From: Polyangiaceae bacterium
Lineage (GTDB): Bacteria; Myxococcota_A; Polyangia; Polyangiales; Polyangiaceae
DNA: 64,000 nt
Assembly (NCBI GenBank): GCA_035063585.1
Contig: JAPSGB010000005.1
Location: 32,001 to 96,000 of the forward strand
Direction of reading: 5' to 3'
Position 1 is the stretch's first letter. Each line of letters opens with the position of its first letter. Below, piece after piece: positions 10,319 through 23,322 of the stretch. The notes below the pieces were generated by a model that had not been told where the DNA came from, did not search any database, and saw only the letters and a list, made by a program, of their open reading frames with translations. The position numbers and the translations under genes were made by a program.

Positions 10319-11686
10319 ATGTTCAAGAAGATCCTGATTGCCAACCGCGGCGAGATCGCGATGCGCGTCATCCGCGCGTGCCGCGAGCTCGGCATCGCCA
10401 CGGTTGCGGTACACTCGCAAGCGGACGACGGCGCGCTCCACGTGCGGTTCGCTGACGAGGCGGTGTGCATCGGCCCCGCCGCAGCGAAGCAGAGCTACCT
10501 CAACATCCCGGCCATCATCAGCGCGGCCGAGATCAGCGGCGCGGACGCGATCCACCCGGGTTACGGCTTCTTGAGCGAGAACGCCGAGTTCGCGGAGATC
10601 GTCGAGCGCTGCGGGCTCACCTTCATCGGGCCGAAGGCGCGCGCCATGCGCGCCTGGGGGGACAAGCTCCTCGCCCGCGAGAACGCGATCCGCTACGGGC
10701 TGCCGCTCTTGACCGGCTCAGAGGCGCTCACCAGCGTCGCGCACGCGGAGCGCGAGGCGCTCCGCGTCGGCCTGCCCGTGATGCTCAAGGCGCGCGGCGG
10801 CGGCGGCGGGCGCGGCATGCGCGTGATCCGCGAGGTCGGCGAGGTCGGGCGCGCCTTCGAGTCGGCGACTGCCGAGGCGATGAACAGCTTCAACAACCCC
10901 GAGCTCTACCTCGAGCGGTTCGTGGAGCGGCCCAGGCACATCGAATTTCAGGCGCTCGCAGACGAGCATGGGCAAGTGTGGACGCTCGGTGAGCGCGAGT
11001 GCTCGCTACAGCGCCGGCACCAGAAGCTCGTGGAGGAGTCACCGAGCCCGATGATGACCGAGGAGCTTCGCTCGAAGATGGGCGAGCTCATTCGGCGCGC
11101 GATCACCGAGAGCGGATACTCCTCGCTCGGTACGCTCGAGTTCCTGATGGACGAGCGCGGGGAGCTCTACTTCCTCGAGATGAACACCCGCGTGCAGGTC
11201 GAGCACCCGGTCACCGAGATGGTGACCGGCGTGGATCTGGTCGAGGAACAAATCCGGGTGGCCGCCGGTGAGAAGCTCCCGCTCCCCGACACTCGCCCGT
11301 GGCGGTTTCGCGGGCACGCCATCGAGTGTCGGGTGATGGCCGAGGATCCGGACAGCTTCGTGCCCTGGCCCGGGCTCATCACCGAGTATCACCCGCCGGG
11401 GGGCGCAGGCGTCCGGGTGGATTCGGGGGTGTTCGGGGGCTGGAAGGTACCTTCCGTATACGACTCGCTGCTCGCCAAGGTCATCGTGCATGCGCCCACT
11501 CGCGCCGAGGCGCTGGTGCGCATGCGCCGCGCGCTCGATGAATTCATCATCGGCGGCATTCGCACCAACCTGCCGTTCCAGAAGCGCCTGATGAACGATC
11601 GGGAGATGATCGACGGCACCATGACCACCCGCACCGTCGAGCGCGTGGTCCGCGACGCGCAAGCCGCGCGTCCGCCGCGCAGTTGA
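10319..11686 (+). CDS. accC: Biotin carboxylase
   Basis: MFKKILIANRGEIA, HPGYGFLSEN, GGGGRGMR, RECSLQRRHQK, EMNTRVQVEH. Confidence 0.97.
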   Translation: MFKKILIANRGEIAMRVIRACRELGIATVAVHSQADDGALHVRFADEAVCIGPAAAKQSYLNIPAIISAAEISGADAIHPGYGFLSENAEFAEIVERCGLTFIGPKARAMRAWGDKLLARENAIRYGLPLLTGSEALTSVAHAEREALRVGLPVMLKARGGGGGRGMRVIREVGEVGRAFESATAEAMNSFNNPELYLERFVERPRHIEFQALADEHGQVWTLGERECSLQRRHQKLVEESPSPMMTEELRSKMGELIRRAITESGYSSLGTLEFLMDERGELYFLEMNTRVQVEHPVTEMVTGVDLVEEQIRVAAGEKLPLPDTRPWRFRGHAIECRVMAEDPDSFVPWPGLITEYHPPGGAGVRVDSGVFGGWKVPSVYDSLLAKVIVHAPTRAEALVRMRRALDEFIIGGIRTNLPFQKRLMNDREMIDGTMTTRTVERVVRDAQAARPPRS

Positions 11687-11717
11687 CGTCGTCGGACAAC
11701 GGAACGAACGTCGAGCC

Positions 11718-12716
11718 GTGGACGAGCTCGCGCGCAAGGTCTTGACGGGATCGGTGCGCGCCGCCGCGCGCGCTTGCCGGATGGTCGACGAGGAATCGGC
11801 GGGGCACCGCGAGCTCCTGCGGGCGCTCTATCCGCGTACGGGCAGGGCCTGGCTCATCGGCGTCACCGGTAACCCGGGCGCCGGCAAGAGCACGCTGGTC
11901 GACCGCCTCGTCCAGCACGCGCGCGCGCGCGGGAAGCGGGTCGGAGTGGTGGCCGTGGATCCCACCAGCCCCTTCTCCGGCGGCGCGATCCTCGGCGATC
12001 GCATCCGGATGCAGCAGCATTTCGAGGATCCCGAGGTGTTCATCCGCTCGGTCGCGACCCGCGGCGCCCTCGGAGGGCTCAGCCGCTCCACGCTCGACGT
12101 CGCGCGGGTGCTCGACGCGTGGGGAGCCGAGCTCGTCGTCATCGAGACGGTCGGCGTAGGGCAAGACGAGCTCGAGGTGACCCGCGCCGCGCACACCACG
12201 CTCATCGTCATGGCGCCCGGGCTCGGTGACGAGATCCAGGCCATCAAGGCCGGCATCCTCGAGTGCGCGGACGTGTTCGCGGTCAACAAGGCCGATCGCG
12301 ACGGCGCCGACGCCACGGTGCGCGACTTGGAACTCATGATCGCGCTCAGCCAGGAGCCGCGTGCTCGCGGGCGGGGGCACACCGCGGCCAGCGTGCGGGT
12401 CGAGCCCGCGAGGGACGGTGACGGCTGGACGCCCGAGATCGTGAAGTGCGTCGCCACGCGTGATCAGGGCATCAGCGAGCTCTTCGAGAAGCTCGAGACG
12501 CATCGCGCATGGCTCGAGGAGACCGACGCCGGGCGCGCCCGCCGCGCTGCGCGCACCCGTGAGCTCTTCGTAACCATGCTCCGCGACGCGCTCGCGCGCG
12601 AGGCGGTGGCCACGCTCGCCAGCGCGATCGACGACGCGGTGGCGCGCATCGAGGAGCGCGCCGCGGATCCCTACACCGCAGTGGACGAGCTCGTCGCCAG
12701 CTTCCACGCGCGCTGA
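11718..12716 (+). CDS. meaB: Second MeaB/ArgK-family GTPase
   Basis: GNPGAGKST, DPTSPFSGGAILGDRIRM, ETVGVGQDE, GDEIQAIKAG, NKAD. Confidence 0.92.
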   Translation: MDELARKVLTGSVRAAARACRMVDEESAGHRELLRALYPRTGRAWLIGVTGNPGAGKSTLVDRLVQHARARGKRVGVVAVDPTSPFSGGAILGDRIRMQQHFEDPEVFIRSVATRGALGGLSRSTLDVARVLDAWGAELVVIETVGVGQDELEVTRAAHTTLIVMAPGLGDEIQAIKAGILECADVFAVNKADRDGADATVRDLELMIALSQEPRARGRGHTAASVRVEPARDGDGWTPEIVKCVATRDQGISELFEKLETHRAWLEETDAGRARRAARTRELFVTMLRDALAREAVATLASAIDDAVARIEERAADPYTAVDELVASFHAR

Positions 12717-12722
12717 GGCGCG

Positions 12723-14630
12723 CTAGAGGTCGAGCTCTTCGGCCTCATCCGCGCGGTTCATGATGAAGTGGAAGCGCGCGGAGGGGTCCTTGCCCATGAG
12801 CTCGCTCACCACGCGATCGGTCTCGAGGGCGTCGGAGATCTGCACCTTGATGAGGTGGCGGGTCTCCGGGTTCAGCGTGGTATCCCAGAGCACCTTCGGC
12901 ATCATCTCGCCAAGGCCCTTGAAGCGCGTGATCTCAGGCTTTGTGTTCCCCTTGCGGTGCTTCGCCAGGATGCGCTCTCGGTCGGCGTCGTCCGCCGCCC
13001 AGAAGGTCTCCTTGCCGAGGTCTATGCGATAGAGCGGCGGCATCGCCACGTACACGCGGCCCTGGCGGATGAGCTCGGGCAGGTGGCGGTAGAAGAACGT
13101 GAGTAGGAGCGTGGTGATGTGGTTGCCGTCGCTGTCGGCGTCGGCGAGCAGGATCACGCGGTGGTAGCGGAGCCGCTCGAGATTGAAGTCCTTCCCGATC
13201 CCGCAGCCGAGTGCGACGACCAGATCCGCGAGCTCCTTGTTCTCGAGCACCTTGGGCAGCGGGACCGACTCGGTGTTCAGCACCTTGCCGCGGAGCGGGA
13301 GGATGGCCTGATAGTGCCGGTCCCGGCCCTGCTTCGCCGAACCGCCGGCGGACTCACCCTCGACGATGAAGAGCTCGCTCTGGTCACGCTGGCTGTCGGT
13401 GCAGTCGCTGAGCTTGCCCGGGAGGGTGAGCCTGCCGCTGGTCGCCGTCTTTCGCGAGATGGAGGCCGAGGCGGCGCGTGAGGCCTCGCGCGCGCGGGCG
13501 GCGAGGATGATACGCGCGACGATCTGCTCGGCCGTCGAACGGTTCTGGTTCAGCCACTGCTCGAGTGCGGGGCGCACCGCGCCGTCGACCGCGCTCTGGA
13601 CCTCGGGGTTGTTCAGCCGGTCCTTGGTCTGCCCTTGGAACTGCGGCTCCGAGATGAACACGCTGAGCACGCCGACCATCCCCTCGCGGATGTCCTCCGC
13701 GGTGAGCGTGACGCCGCGCGGCGCCAGGTTGTGAGTGTCGACGAAGTTACGCACCGCGCGAACGATCCCGGCGCGGAGCCCATTCTCGTGCGTCCCGCCG
13801 CTGCCGGTCGGGATGCCGTTCACGTAGCTCCGGAGGTGCTCGTCGGTCGACTCCGTCCACTCGAGGACCGCCTCGAGTCGCATCCCGTTGTCCTTGCTGA
13901 GCGAAAAGGCGCTGTCGTGGGTCGGCCGCGCGCCGCGCTCCTTCAGGATCTTCGCCAGGTAGTCGCTGATCCCCTCGACGTGGCGGTACTCGGTGCGCTC
14001 CTTCTTGGCCTCGTCGACAAAGACGATCTTGAGGCCCCGGTGCAGGTAGCTCGTCACCTCGAGGCGTTCGCGAAGGAGCGCCGCGTCGAGCTCGGTCTTC
14101 GGGAAGATGGTGGGATCGGGGCGGAAGAACACGGAAGTTCCGGTCCCCCGCGCCGCGCCGAGCTTCTTCAGTTTGCCGAGCGGGCGGCCGGCAGAGAACT
14201 CCATCTGCCACGACGAGCCACCGCTCTTCACCGTCGCGACGAGCTTCGAGGAGAGGGCGTTCGTCACCGACGCGCCGACGCCGTGCAGGCCGCCGGAGGT
14301 CTTGTAGAGAGACCCCTCGAATTTCCCTCCCGCGTGGAGCGTGGTGAAGATGATCTCGAGCGCGCTCTTCTTGTGCTTCGGGTGGATGTCGACCGGGATG
14401 CCGCGCCCGTTGTCGGTCACAGTGACGCTCCGCCCGTCGGCGTGGAGCGTCACGTCGATCTCGGTCGCGTAGCCGTTCATGGCTTCGTCGACCGAGTTGT
14501 CGAGGATCTCCCAGACCAGGTGGTGGAGCCCGGTGACCCCGACCCCGCCGATATACATGCCGGGGCGCTTCCTCACCGGCTCGAGCCCCTCGAGCACGGT
14601 GATGTCTTGGGACGTGTAGCCGGTGGTCAT
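12723..14630 (-). CDS. parE: Type IIA topoisomerase B subunit (topoisomerase IV ParE-like)
   Basis: [59 protein letters not shown]; overlaps the parC stop (ATGA). Confidence 0.85.
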   Translation of the reverse strand: MTTGYTSQDITVLEGLEPVRKRPGMYIGGVGVTGLHHLVWEILDNSVDEAMNGYATEIDVTLHADGRSVTVTDNGRGIPVDIHPKHKKSALEIIFTTLHAGGKFEGSLYKTSGGLHGVGASVTNALSSKLVATVKSGGSSWQMEFSAGRPLGKLKKLGAARGTGTSVFFRPDPTIFPKTELDAALLRERLEVTSYLHRGLKIVFVDEAKKERTEYRHVEGISDYLAKILKERGARPTHDSAFSLSKDNGMRLEAVLEWTESTDEHLRSYVNGIPTGSGGTHENGLRAGIVRAVRNFVDTHNLAPRGVTLTAEDIREGMVGVLSVFISEPQFQGQTKDRLNNPEVQSAVDGAVRPALEQWLNQNRSTAEQIVARIILAARAREASRAASASISRKTATSGRLTLPGKLSDCTDSQRDQSELFIVEGESAGGSAKQGRDRHYQAILPLRGKVLNTESVPLPKVLENKELADLVVALGCGIGKDFNLERLRYHRVILLADADSDGNHITTLLLTFFYRHLPELIRQGRVYVAMPPLYRIDLGKETFWAADDADRERILAKHRKGNTKPEITRFKGLGEMMPKVLWDTTLNPETRHLIKVQISDALETDRVVSELMGKDPSARFHFIMNRADEAEELDL

Positions 14631-17026
14631 GCCGGGGTCTCCTCCAGGCTGGGCGGCGCGGCCGGCGGCTCGAGGACGATCTCCACCAGCTTCCCACGCT
14701 GCATGATCTCGCGGCCGCGCCCGCCGCGCCCGCTCGTCTCATAGATGGCGGTGTTGATGCGCTTGTCGCCGCCGAGACTCGAGCGCACGATGAGGGTGTC
14801 GCGCTCGCTCGCGGCCACCTTGATGCCGAGGAGCTCGTCACCCGCAGCGAGCTTCAGGAGGAGCACGCCCTTGCCCGGGCCGGAGAGGTAGCTCACCTCT
14901 TCGACGGGGGTCAGGAGCGCGCGCCGCTCCTTCGAGGCGGCGATGAGCGTCTCGTCGCCGTGTATGCGCTCGACGCCCACCATCACCGCGCCCTTGCTCG
15001 GGCGCGCGTAGCGCCTGCCGCTCTTGGTGCTGGGCTCGAGGAAGGCGCCGAGGCCGAAGGCGAGCGCGTAGCCGTCGCTGCTCGCCGCGACCAGATAGCT
15101 CTCGGGGAAGTACCCTTCCTTCTCGGTGAGATCGCCGACCACGCGCGGATCGAGCGAGACGGCGGTGAGGATCCGCTCGCCGTCCTTCAGTTTGAAGAGC
15201 TTCTGGATCGGCTCGCCGTAGCCGGTGGTCGCCGGGATGTCGATGATGCGGCAGGTGTAGGCGGTGCCGAAGCTCGAGAAGAAGGCGACGGTCGCCCGGG
15301 TCGAGCCGGCGACCACCGAGAGCACCTGATCGCCGTCGCGGAGCCGCGTCGTCGAGGGGTCCTTGATCTCCTTCTGGCGCTTGACCCAGCCGTCGCGCGT
15401 CAAGAGGACGTGGTTGTCCTCGGCGACGATGAGCTCCTCGGCGCTGAACTCGGGCTCGTCTTCCACCGACTCGATGACCGTGCGGCGCTTGCCCGCGGCC
15501 CCTGCGCTCTTCACGAGCTCGTCGAGCTCGCTTCGCACGATCGCCCAGCGCCCCCGCCCCTCGGACTCGCCGAGCAGCTTGCGGATCTCCTTCGCGCGTT
15601 TCTGCTTCGCCTTGAGCTCCTCCTGGATGACCAGGATCTCGAGGCGCGCGAGGCGGTACAGGCGAAGCTCGAGGATGGCGTCGGTCTGCTCGGCGTCGAG
15701 CGCGTACTTCGCCATGATCTTCTTCGCGGCGTCAGCCTTGCCCTCGCTCGCGCGGATGAGCTTCAAGATGGCGTCGAGCGCGTCGAAGATGGTGACGAAA
15801 CCCTCGAGGATGTGCATCCTCCGTTCGAGCGCTCCGAGCTCGTGCTGCAGGCGGCGCGTCACCACCTCCAGTCGGAAACGGAGGAAGTGCCAGAGGATCG
15901 AGCGCAGATCGAGCCGCTCCGGGCGCCCCACCTCGGGGTTCTCGGTCGGCACCAGGCACACGAGGTTCACCGCGACGTTCGACTGGAGCGGGGTCTGCTT
16001 GTAGAGATAGGCGAGCACCTTGTGTTCGTCGGCGTCGCGCTTGAGCTCGAGCTCGATGCGGACGTCGTCGGTCGAGACATCGCGAACGTCGAGCAGGAGC
16101 GGCATCTTGCGGCTGGTCACCACCTCGGCGATCCGCTCGACCAGGGTCGATTTGTTCACGGCGTAAGGGATGCTCGTGATGATGATCTGCTTGCTCGTGC
16201 GGCCCTCGGGGCCCTTCTCCCAGGTACCACGCACCTTGATCGAGCCCTGGCCCGTCTCGTAGAGCTGCTTCAGCTCCTCCGCGCTCGACACGATCTGCCC
16301 GCCGGTTGGAAAATCGGGGCCCTTGATGGTGCGACAGAGCTCGCGGCTGCTGAGCTCCTTTCCCTCGGTGAGTGCGTCGAGCAGGCGGATGGCCGCGCTC
16401 GTCACCTCTTCGGGGTTGTGGGGCGGGATACTGGTGGCCATCCCTACCGCGATGCCGGAGGCGCCGTTCACGAGCAGGTTCGGCAGCCGGGCAGGCAGGA
16501 CGACCGGCTCGGTCTTGGTGCCGTCGTAGCTCGGGCGGAAGGGCACCGTGTCCGCGTCGAGCTCGGCGAGCATCGGCTCGGCGGCTCGCGCGAGCCGGCA
16601 CTCGGTGTAGCGGTAGGCGGCGGCCGGATCGCCATCGAGCGAGCCGAAATTGCCCGAGCCATCGACCAAGGGGACGCGCAGCGAGAAGGACTGCGCCATG
16701 CGGACCAGCGCGTCGTAGATGGCCGCGTCGCCGTGCGGGTGATAGTTGCCCATCACGTCGCCGACCACCTTGGCGCACTTGCGAAACTTGGCGTCCGGGC
16801 CGATGTTGCCCTGCCACATCGTGTAGAGGATGCGGCGCTGCACCGGCTTCAGGCCGTCGCGCACGTCGGGGAGGGCGCGGCTGGTGATGACCGACAGCGC
16901 GTAGTTGAGGTAGCGGCTCTCGGCGATCGCGTGGAGCGGCGCCGCCTCCTCGTTCCGCGACGGCTCGTGCCCCGAGCCGTCGCCCTTGCGGCCCGCGCCG
17001 CCCTTCGATTTTCGAACCTTGGCCAA
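14627..17026 (-). CDS. parC: Type IIA topoisomerase A subunit (topoisomerase IV ParC-like)
   Basis: [22 protein letters not shown], catalytic AAYRYTE; no canonical QxRGGKG GyrA-box at the start of the CTD; TTG start with GAGGAG RBS. Confidence 0.85.
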   Translation of the reverse strand: MAKVRKSKGGAGRKGDGSGHEPSRNEEAAPLHAIAESRYLNYALSVITSRALPDVRDGLKPVQRRILYTMWQGNIGPDAKFRKCAKVVGDVMGNYHPHGDAAIYDALVRMAQSFSLRVPLVDGSGNFGSLDGDPAAAYRYTECRLARAAEPMLAELDADTVPFRPSYDGTKTEPVVLPARLPNLLVNGASGIAVGMATSIPPHNPEEVTSAAIRLLDALTEGKELSSRELCRTIKGPDFPTGGQIVSSAEELKQLYETGQGSIKVRGTWEKGPEGRTSKQIIITSIPYAVNKSTLVERIAEVVTSRKMPLLLDVRDVSTDDVRIELELKRDADEHKVLAYLYKQTPLQSNVAVNLVCLVPTENPEVGRPERLDLRSILWHFLRFRLEVVTRRLQHELGALERRMHILEGFVTIFDALDAILKLIRASEGKADAAKKIMAKYALDAEQTDAILELRLYRLARLEILVIQEELKAKQKRAKEIRKLLGESEGRGRWAIVRSELDELVKSAGAAGKRRTVIESVEDEPEFSAEELIVAEDNHVLLTRDGWVKRQKEIKDPSTTRLRDGDQVLSVVAGSTRATVAFFSSFGTAYTCRIIDIPATTGYGEPIQKLFKLKDGERILTAVSLDPRVVGDLTEKEGYFPESYLVAASSDGYALAFGLGAFLEPSTKSGRRYARPSKGAVMVGVERIHGDETLIAASKERRALLTPVEEVSYLSGPGKGVLLLKLAAGDELLGIKVAASERDTLIVRSSLGGDKRINTAIYETSGRGGRGREIMQRGKLVEIVLEPPAAPPSLEETPA

Positions 17027-17128
17027 TCGCTCTCCTCGACGCGCGCGGAAGGGGCCGCGCGGGAGGCTTCGCTAGCGTCTTTTCCCGAAAATGGCCAGTA
17101 AGTGTCGGGTCTTCGCCGCGCCTGCGCT

Positions 17129-17153
17129 GCGCCGCCGGCCGCGCCGGACCGGC
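17129..17153 (+). repeat. Dispersed intergenic GC-rich motif (REP-like), copy 1
   Basis: GCGCCGCCGGCCGCGCCGGACCGGC; related copies at 17983, 25200, 39608, 46356, 46473 and 56251. Confidence 0.5.
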
Positions 17154-17162
17154 CTCGGGCCT

Positions 17163-17930
17163 TCAGGCCCTCCGGGTCGTGCGCTTCCCCGCCGATGGCG
17201 GCGAGGGAGCGGTTCTTCCGGCCGGCTTCCTCCCGTCCGGGCGCGCCGGCGGCGACTTCGCGCGCGGCGGGCGCGGGGCTTTCCGGCCGACGTTCTCTGC
17301 CTTGAAGGCGCTCGGGCACTCCGCGTTCACCGAGCAGGCCGCGCAGGCAGGCTTGCGCGCGGTGCAGATGCGCCGGCCGTGAAAGATGAGCACGTGCGCG
17401 AGCCGGTCCCAGGAGTCGCGCGGGAAGAGCTTCATGAGGTCTCGCTCGATGGGGACCGGCTCGGTCTCCCCGGTCCAGCCGAGACGCTGGCTCACGCGCT
17501 GCACGTGGGTGTCGACGACCACGCCCTCGGGTGCGTGAAAGACCACACCGAGCACCACGTTCGCGGTCTTTCGCCCCACGCCAGGGAGCTCGACGAGCGC
17601 GTCGAGGGACGCGGGCACCTCGCCGCCGTGGGCGGTGACGAGCTGCTGGGCGAGCCCGGTGATGTGCTTCGCCTTCTGGCGGAACATGCCGATGCTCGAG
17701 AGCGCGGACTCGACGTCCTCGAGCTTCGCGCGCGCGAGCTTCGCGGCCGTCGGCCACTTGCGAAAGAGCGCCGGCGTGAGCTTGTTTACAGCGACGTCGG
17801 TCGTCTGCGCGCTCAGCACGGTGGCGACCAGGAGCTCGAACGCGCCGCGATGCTCGAGCTCGCAGCGCGCGTCGGGGTGCTGTCTCGCGAGCTTCTCGAA
17901 AACCAGGAGCGGGGCCGCTTTCGACTTCAT
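17163..17930 (-). CDS. nth: Endonuclease III
   Basis: LLVATVLSAQTTD, LPGVGRKTANVVL, VDTHVQR, C-x6-C-x2-C-x5-C Fe-S motif; basic C-terminal tail. Confidence 0.96.
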   Translation of the reverse strand: MKSKAAPLLVFEKLARQHPDARCELEHRGAFELLVATVLSAQTTDVAVNKLTPALFRKWPTAAKLARAKLEDVESALSSIGMFRQKAKHITGLAQQLVTAHGGEVPASLDALVELPGVGRKTANVVLGVVFHAPEGVVVDTHVQRVSQRLGWTGETEPVPIERDLMKLFPRDSWDRLAHVLIFHGRRICTARKPACAACSVNAECPSAFKAENVGRKAPRPPRAKSPPARPDGRKPAGRTAPSPPSAGKRTTRRA

Positions 17931-17982
17931 GGGGCGACTCGAACCATAGCCTGCCCATCCAACCGGGAGATAGCTGGCGGAG

Positions 17983-18001
17983 CCGGCGCGGCCGGCGGCG
18001 C
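17983..18001 (-). repeat. Dispersed intergenic GC-rich motif, copy 2
   Basis: Reverse complement of GCGCCGCCGGCCGCGCCGG, between nth and gyrA. Confidence 0.45.
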
Positions 18002-18044
18002 GCTGCCGGCCGCCGCCCTCGACCGCGCCGCCGCGCCTCGCGGC

Positions 18045-20732
<2,688 letters not shown>

Positions 20733-20950
20733 GCGTCTCGAGGGTGAAGGGGCTCGCGGGCGCTGACGGGTCGCGCCCGGCGGTCTCTCGACCGGCACTC
20801 GGCCTACCCCGGGGCGAGGCGCGCGACAACTTGCCACGCCCCGGTCGGCGGGCGGGCACCGCCGAGCGGCGCAGCCTCACCCGAGCGGCCCCGTGACGCT
20901 CGCGCTGCTTCAGGGCGCCGGCACGGCACCCCCCCGCGGCGGCGCGGTCC

Positions 20951-21670
20951 TCAGAAGGCGACGCTCGAGTACGGGCAGCGGGCTCTCAGCGCGTCGCAGT
21001 CCGGCGCGGGCGGCATGCAGTCGATCGACTCGGGGCACGACGCGTCTTGTTCGCACCCGCATCCGCACGCGTTCGCGAACTGCGTCGTGTGCTCGGGGCA
21101 CGTGTAGACCGCGGCGGCGCACTTCGATGGGCTCGAGGCAATGTAGTCGCGCCACCACTCGCGCGCGGGATCACACGCGCAGGCCATGTCGGTGCAGCTC
21201 ACGCCCGAGGGCTGACAGGTGCACGTGTTGCAGCCGTCGCGCGCCGGGAAGCTCTCGCCCACCTCGTGCTCGACCCCGCCGTAGACGCACGAGGTGCACG
21301 GGGTGCTGGTGCACCTCGCCTGGCCGTTCGGCTGGCACTCGCACGAGTTGCAGGCGTCGGCCTGCCAGCGGTCGCCCACCTCGTAGTGGTTCCCTTGCCA
21401 GTCGCAGCCGTCGACGCATGCCATCGCGGTGCAGGAGACTTGACCTCCTGGGCCGCACGAGCAGCTGTTGCAGCCGTCGCTCGCGGGGAAGGAGGCGCCC
21501 ACCGGGTAGGTGGTGCCTGCATAGACGCAGCCGCTCCCGGGGGCGCCGCCCGAGCCGCCGCTGCCGCCGGTCGCGCCCGAGGGCCCGGCGCCGTCCACCG
21601 AGCCGCCGCAGCCAGCCGCCAGGAGGAGGGTGACGAGCATTCCGACCGACCATGACGCGCGTGTCTGCAT
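20951..21670 (-). CDS. Cys-rich lipoprotein with three VWC/pacifastin-like repeats
   Basis: Lipobox LAAGC, Gly linker, three C-x17/18-CNxCxC-x3-G-x2/3-CT-x3-C repeats, further Cys-rich C-terminal domain. Confidence 0.75.
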   Translation of the reverse strand: MQTRASWSVGMLVTLLLAAGCGGSVDGAGPSGATGGSGGSGGAPGSGCVYAGTTYPVGASFPASDGCNSCSCGPGGQVSCTAMACVDGCDWQGNHYEVGDRWQADACNSCECQPNGQARCTSTPCTSCVYGGVEHEVGESFPARDGCNTCTCQPSGVSCTDMACACDPAREWWRDYIASSPSKCAAAVYTCPEHTTQFANACGCGCEQDASCPESIDCMPPAPDCDALRARCPYSSVAF

Positions 21671-21732
21671 TGGCTCACCTCGTGCCGCTAACTCAGCGAG
21701 AAAACCGACCATTCTGCCTATCGGGCGCGGCA

Positions 21733-21748
21733 TGAAAGTTTCGTGCCA
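21733..21748 (-). promoter_or_regulatory. Candidate sigma54 (-24/-12) promoter
   Basis: TGGCACGAAACTTTCA versus consensus TGGCACGNNNNTTGCW (one mismatch, at the conserved -13 G), about 60 bp upstream of the Cys-rich lipoprotein gene. Confidence 0.3.
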
Positions 21749-21778
21749 CACCCCCGGCGGCGTGGCGCTGCTTCCTCG

Positions 21779-23254
21779 TCACATGAGCGCCGAGGCGAGG
21801 CGGCAGACGTTGTCGAGGTAGCGGCTCGTCCATGGGTGACGCGCCCACTCCTCGAGGGTGAGCAGACGGCTCGCCGCCCGGTAGGCGACGTCATTCGCCT
21901 GGAGGGAGGCGACCAGATCGCCGTCGAAGGCGAGCAGCGTGAGCTCATAGTCGAGCGCGAACGACCGATAGTCCAGGTTCGATGAGCCGATGACCCCGGC
22001 TGAGTCGTCGACGGTGAAGTACTTGGCATGCAGCACGGCCGGCGCCGGGTAGAGATAGATGTGGACGCCCGCCTGGAGGAGGGCGGTGTAGTACGAGCGT
22101 TGCGCGTGCCCGACGATGAACTGATCGGAGCGCTCGCTCACGAAGAGCTCGACGCGGACGCCGCGATAGGCTGCGCCGACCAGGGCGGTGAGCACCGACT
22201 CGTCCGGGACGAAGTAAGGGCTCGTGATCGTGAGGCGGCGGGTCGCCTGATGCATGAGCTGCACGCACAGGTTGCGGTTCGGCTCGGTCGGGTACGCCGG
22301 GCCCGACGGCACCACTTGCATGGCGTTCACGCACGCTCCGACCCGGACGTTCACCATCTCCTCCGCGCTCGGGAGCGAGACCTCGAGCGCCTCGCCGGTC
22401 TCTGCGAGCCAGTCGGTGGCGAACACCGCTTGGAGTTGCCCCACCACCGCGCCGCCGAGCTTCACGCTGAGGTCGCGCCAGCGCCGCCCGGTTCGCTGGT
22501 TGACGTCGCTGCCGTAGGCAGGGTCGATGAGGTTGTGCGAGCCCATGAACCCGAGCTCACCGTCGATGACCACGAGCTTGCGGTGATTTCGGAGGTCGGG
22601 CCGGCGCCACTGACCCCGGAGCGGTAGGAGTGGCATCATGAGGTGCCAGTCGATTCCAATGGCGGTGAGCCGCGAGCCGAGCTCCCTCCAACCCGGGTAT
22701 CTTCGTGAACCCAGGTGATCGAGGAGCAGGCGCACCGTGACCCCGCGCGCCCGCGCGCGCGCGAGCGCCTGGAAGACCGGCGCGGTCGTCGCGTCCCACG
22801 CCACGATGTAGAATTCGACGTGGACGTAGCGCTCCGCGCGCTCGACCGCCTCGGCAATCTCACGGAAGAACGCGGTCGCGTCGTCGTAGAGCCCGAGATG
22901 GTCGCCCGCCACGCAGGGCAGTCCGGTCAGACGGTGGTTCATGGTGAGCACGGTCTCGAGCGCCGGAGAGGGCTCGGCTCCGGGCGGCACCACGGGGAAG
23001 CCGGCGGTGTGAGCGGCGATGACCTGGTTGACGGTGTCTTGGATGACGCGCCGCCGGCCTCGGACGTATGGGCTACCGATGAGGTAATAGAGAGGGAAGC
23101 CGACCAAGGGGACGAGCAGGATGAGGAGCAGCCAGGCGTGCGACGAGCTTGGCCGGCGGCCCTCGGGCACGGTGCCGATGGCGATGAGCTTGAGCCCGTA
23201 CTCGAGCCCGAGGAGAAAGAGCGCCAGCGCCTCGTGCCAGGGCATCCGAGCCAT
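21779..23254 (-). CDS. cls: Cardiolipin synthase
   Basis: Two N-terminal TM helices and two HKD motifs (NHRKLVVID, LHAKYFTVD), GSSNLDYRS. Confidence 0.93.
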   Translation of the reverse strand: MARMPWHEALALFLLGLEYGLKLIAIGTVPEGRRPSSSHAWLLLILLVPLVGFPLYYLIGSPYVRGRRRVIQDTVNQVIAAHTAGFPVVPPGAEPSPALETVLTMNHRLTGLPCVAGDHLGLYDDATAFFREIAEAVERAERYVHVEFYIVAWDATTAPVFQALARARARGVTVRLLLDHLGSRRYPGWRELGSRLTAIGIDWHLMMPLLPLRGQWRRPDLRNHRKLVVIDGELGFMGSHNLIDPAYGSDVNQRTGRRWRDLSVKLGGAVVGQLQAVFATDWLAETGEALEVSLPSAEEMVNVRVGACVNAMQVVPSGPAYPTEPNRNLCVQLMHQATRRLTITSPYFVPDESVLTALVGAAYRGVRVELFVSERSDQFIVGHAQRSYYTALLQAGVHIYLYPAPAVLHAKYFTVDDSAGVIGSSNLDYRSFALDYELTLLAFDGDLVASLQANDVAYRAASRLLTLEEWARHPWTSRYLDNVCRLASALM

Positions 23255-23322
23255 CTTGGCAGGTTCCCGGGGGGCGGGCCGCCGGGCTTTCGCGCGACCA
23301 CCGAGCTTCGCGCAGCAGGGCC

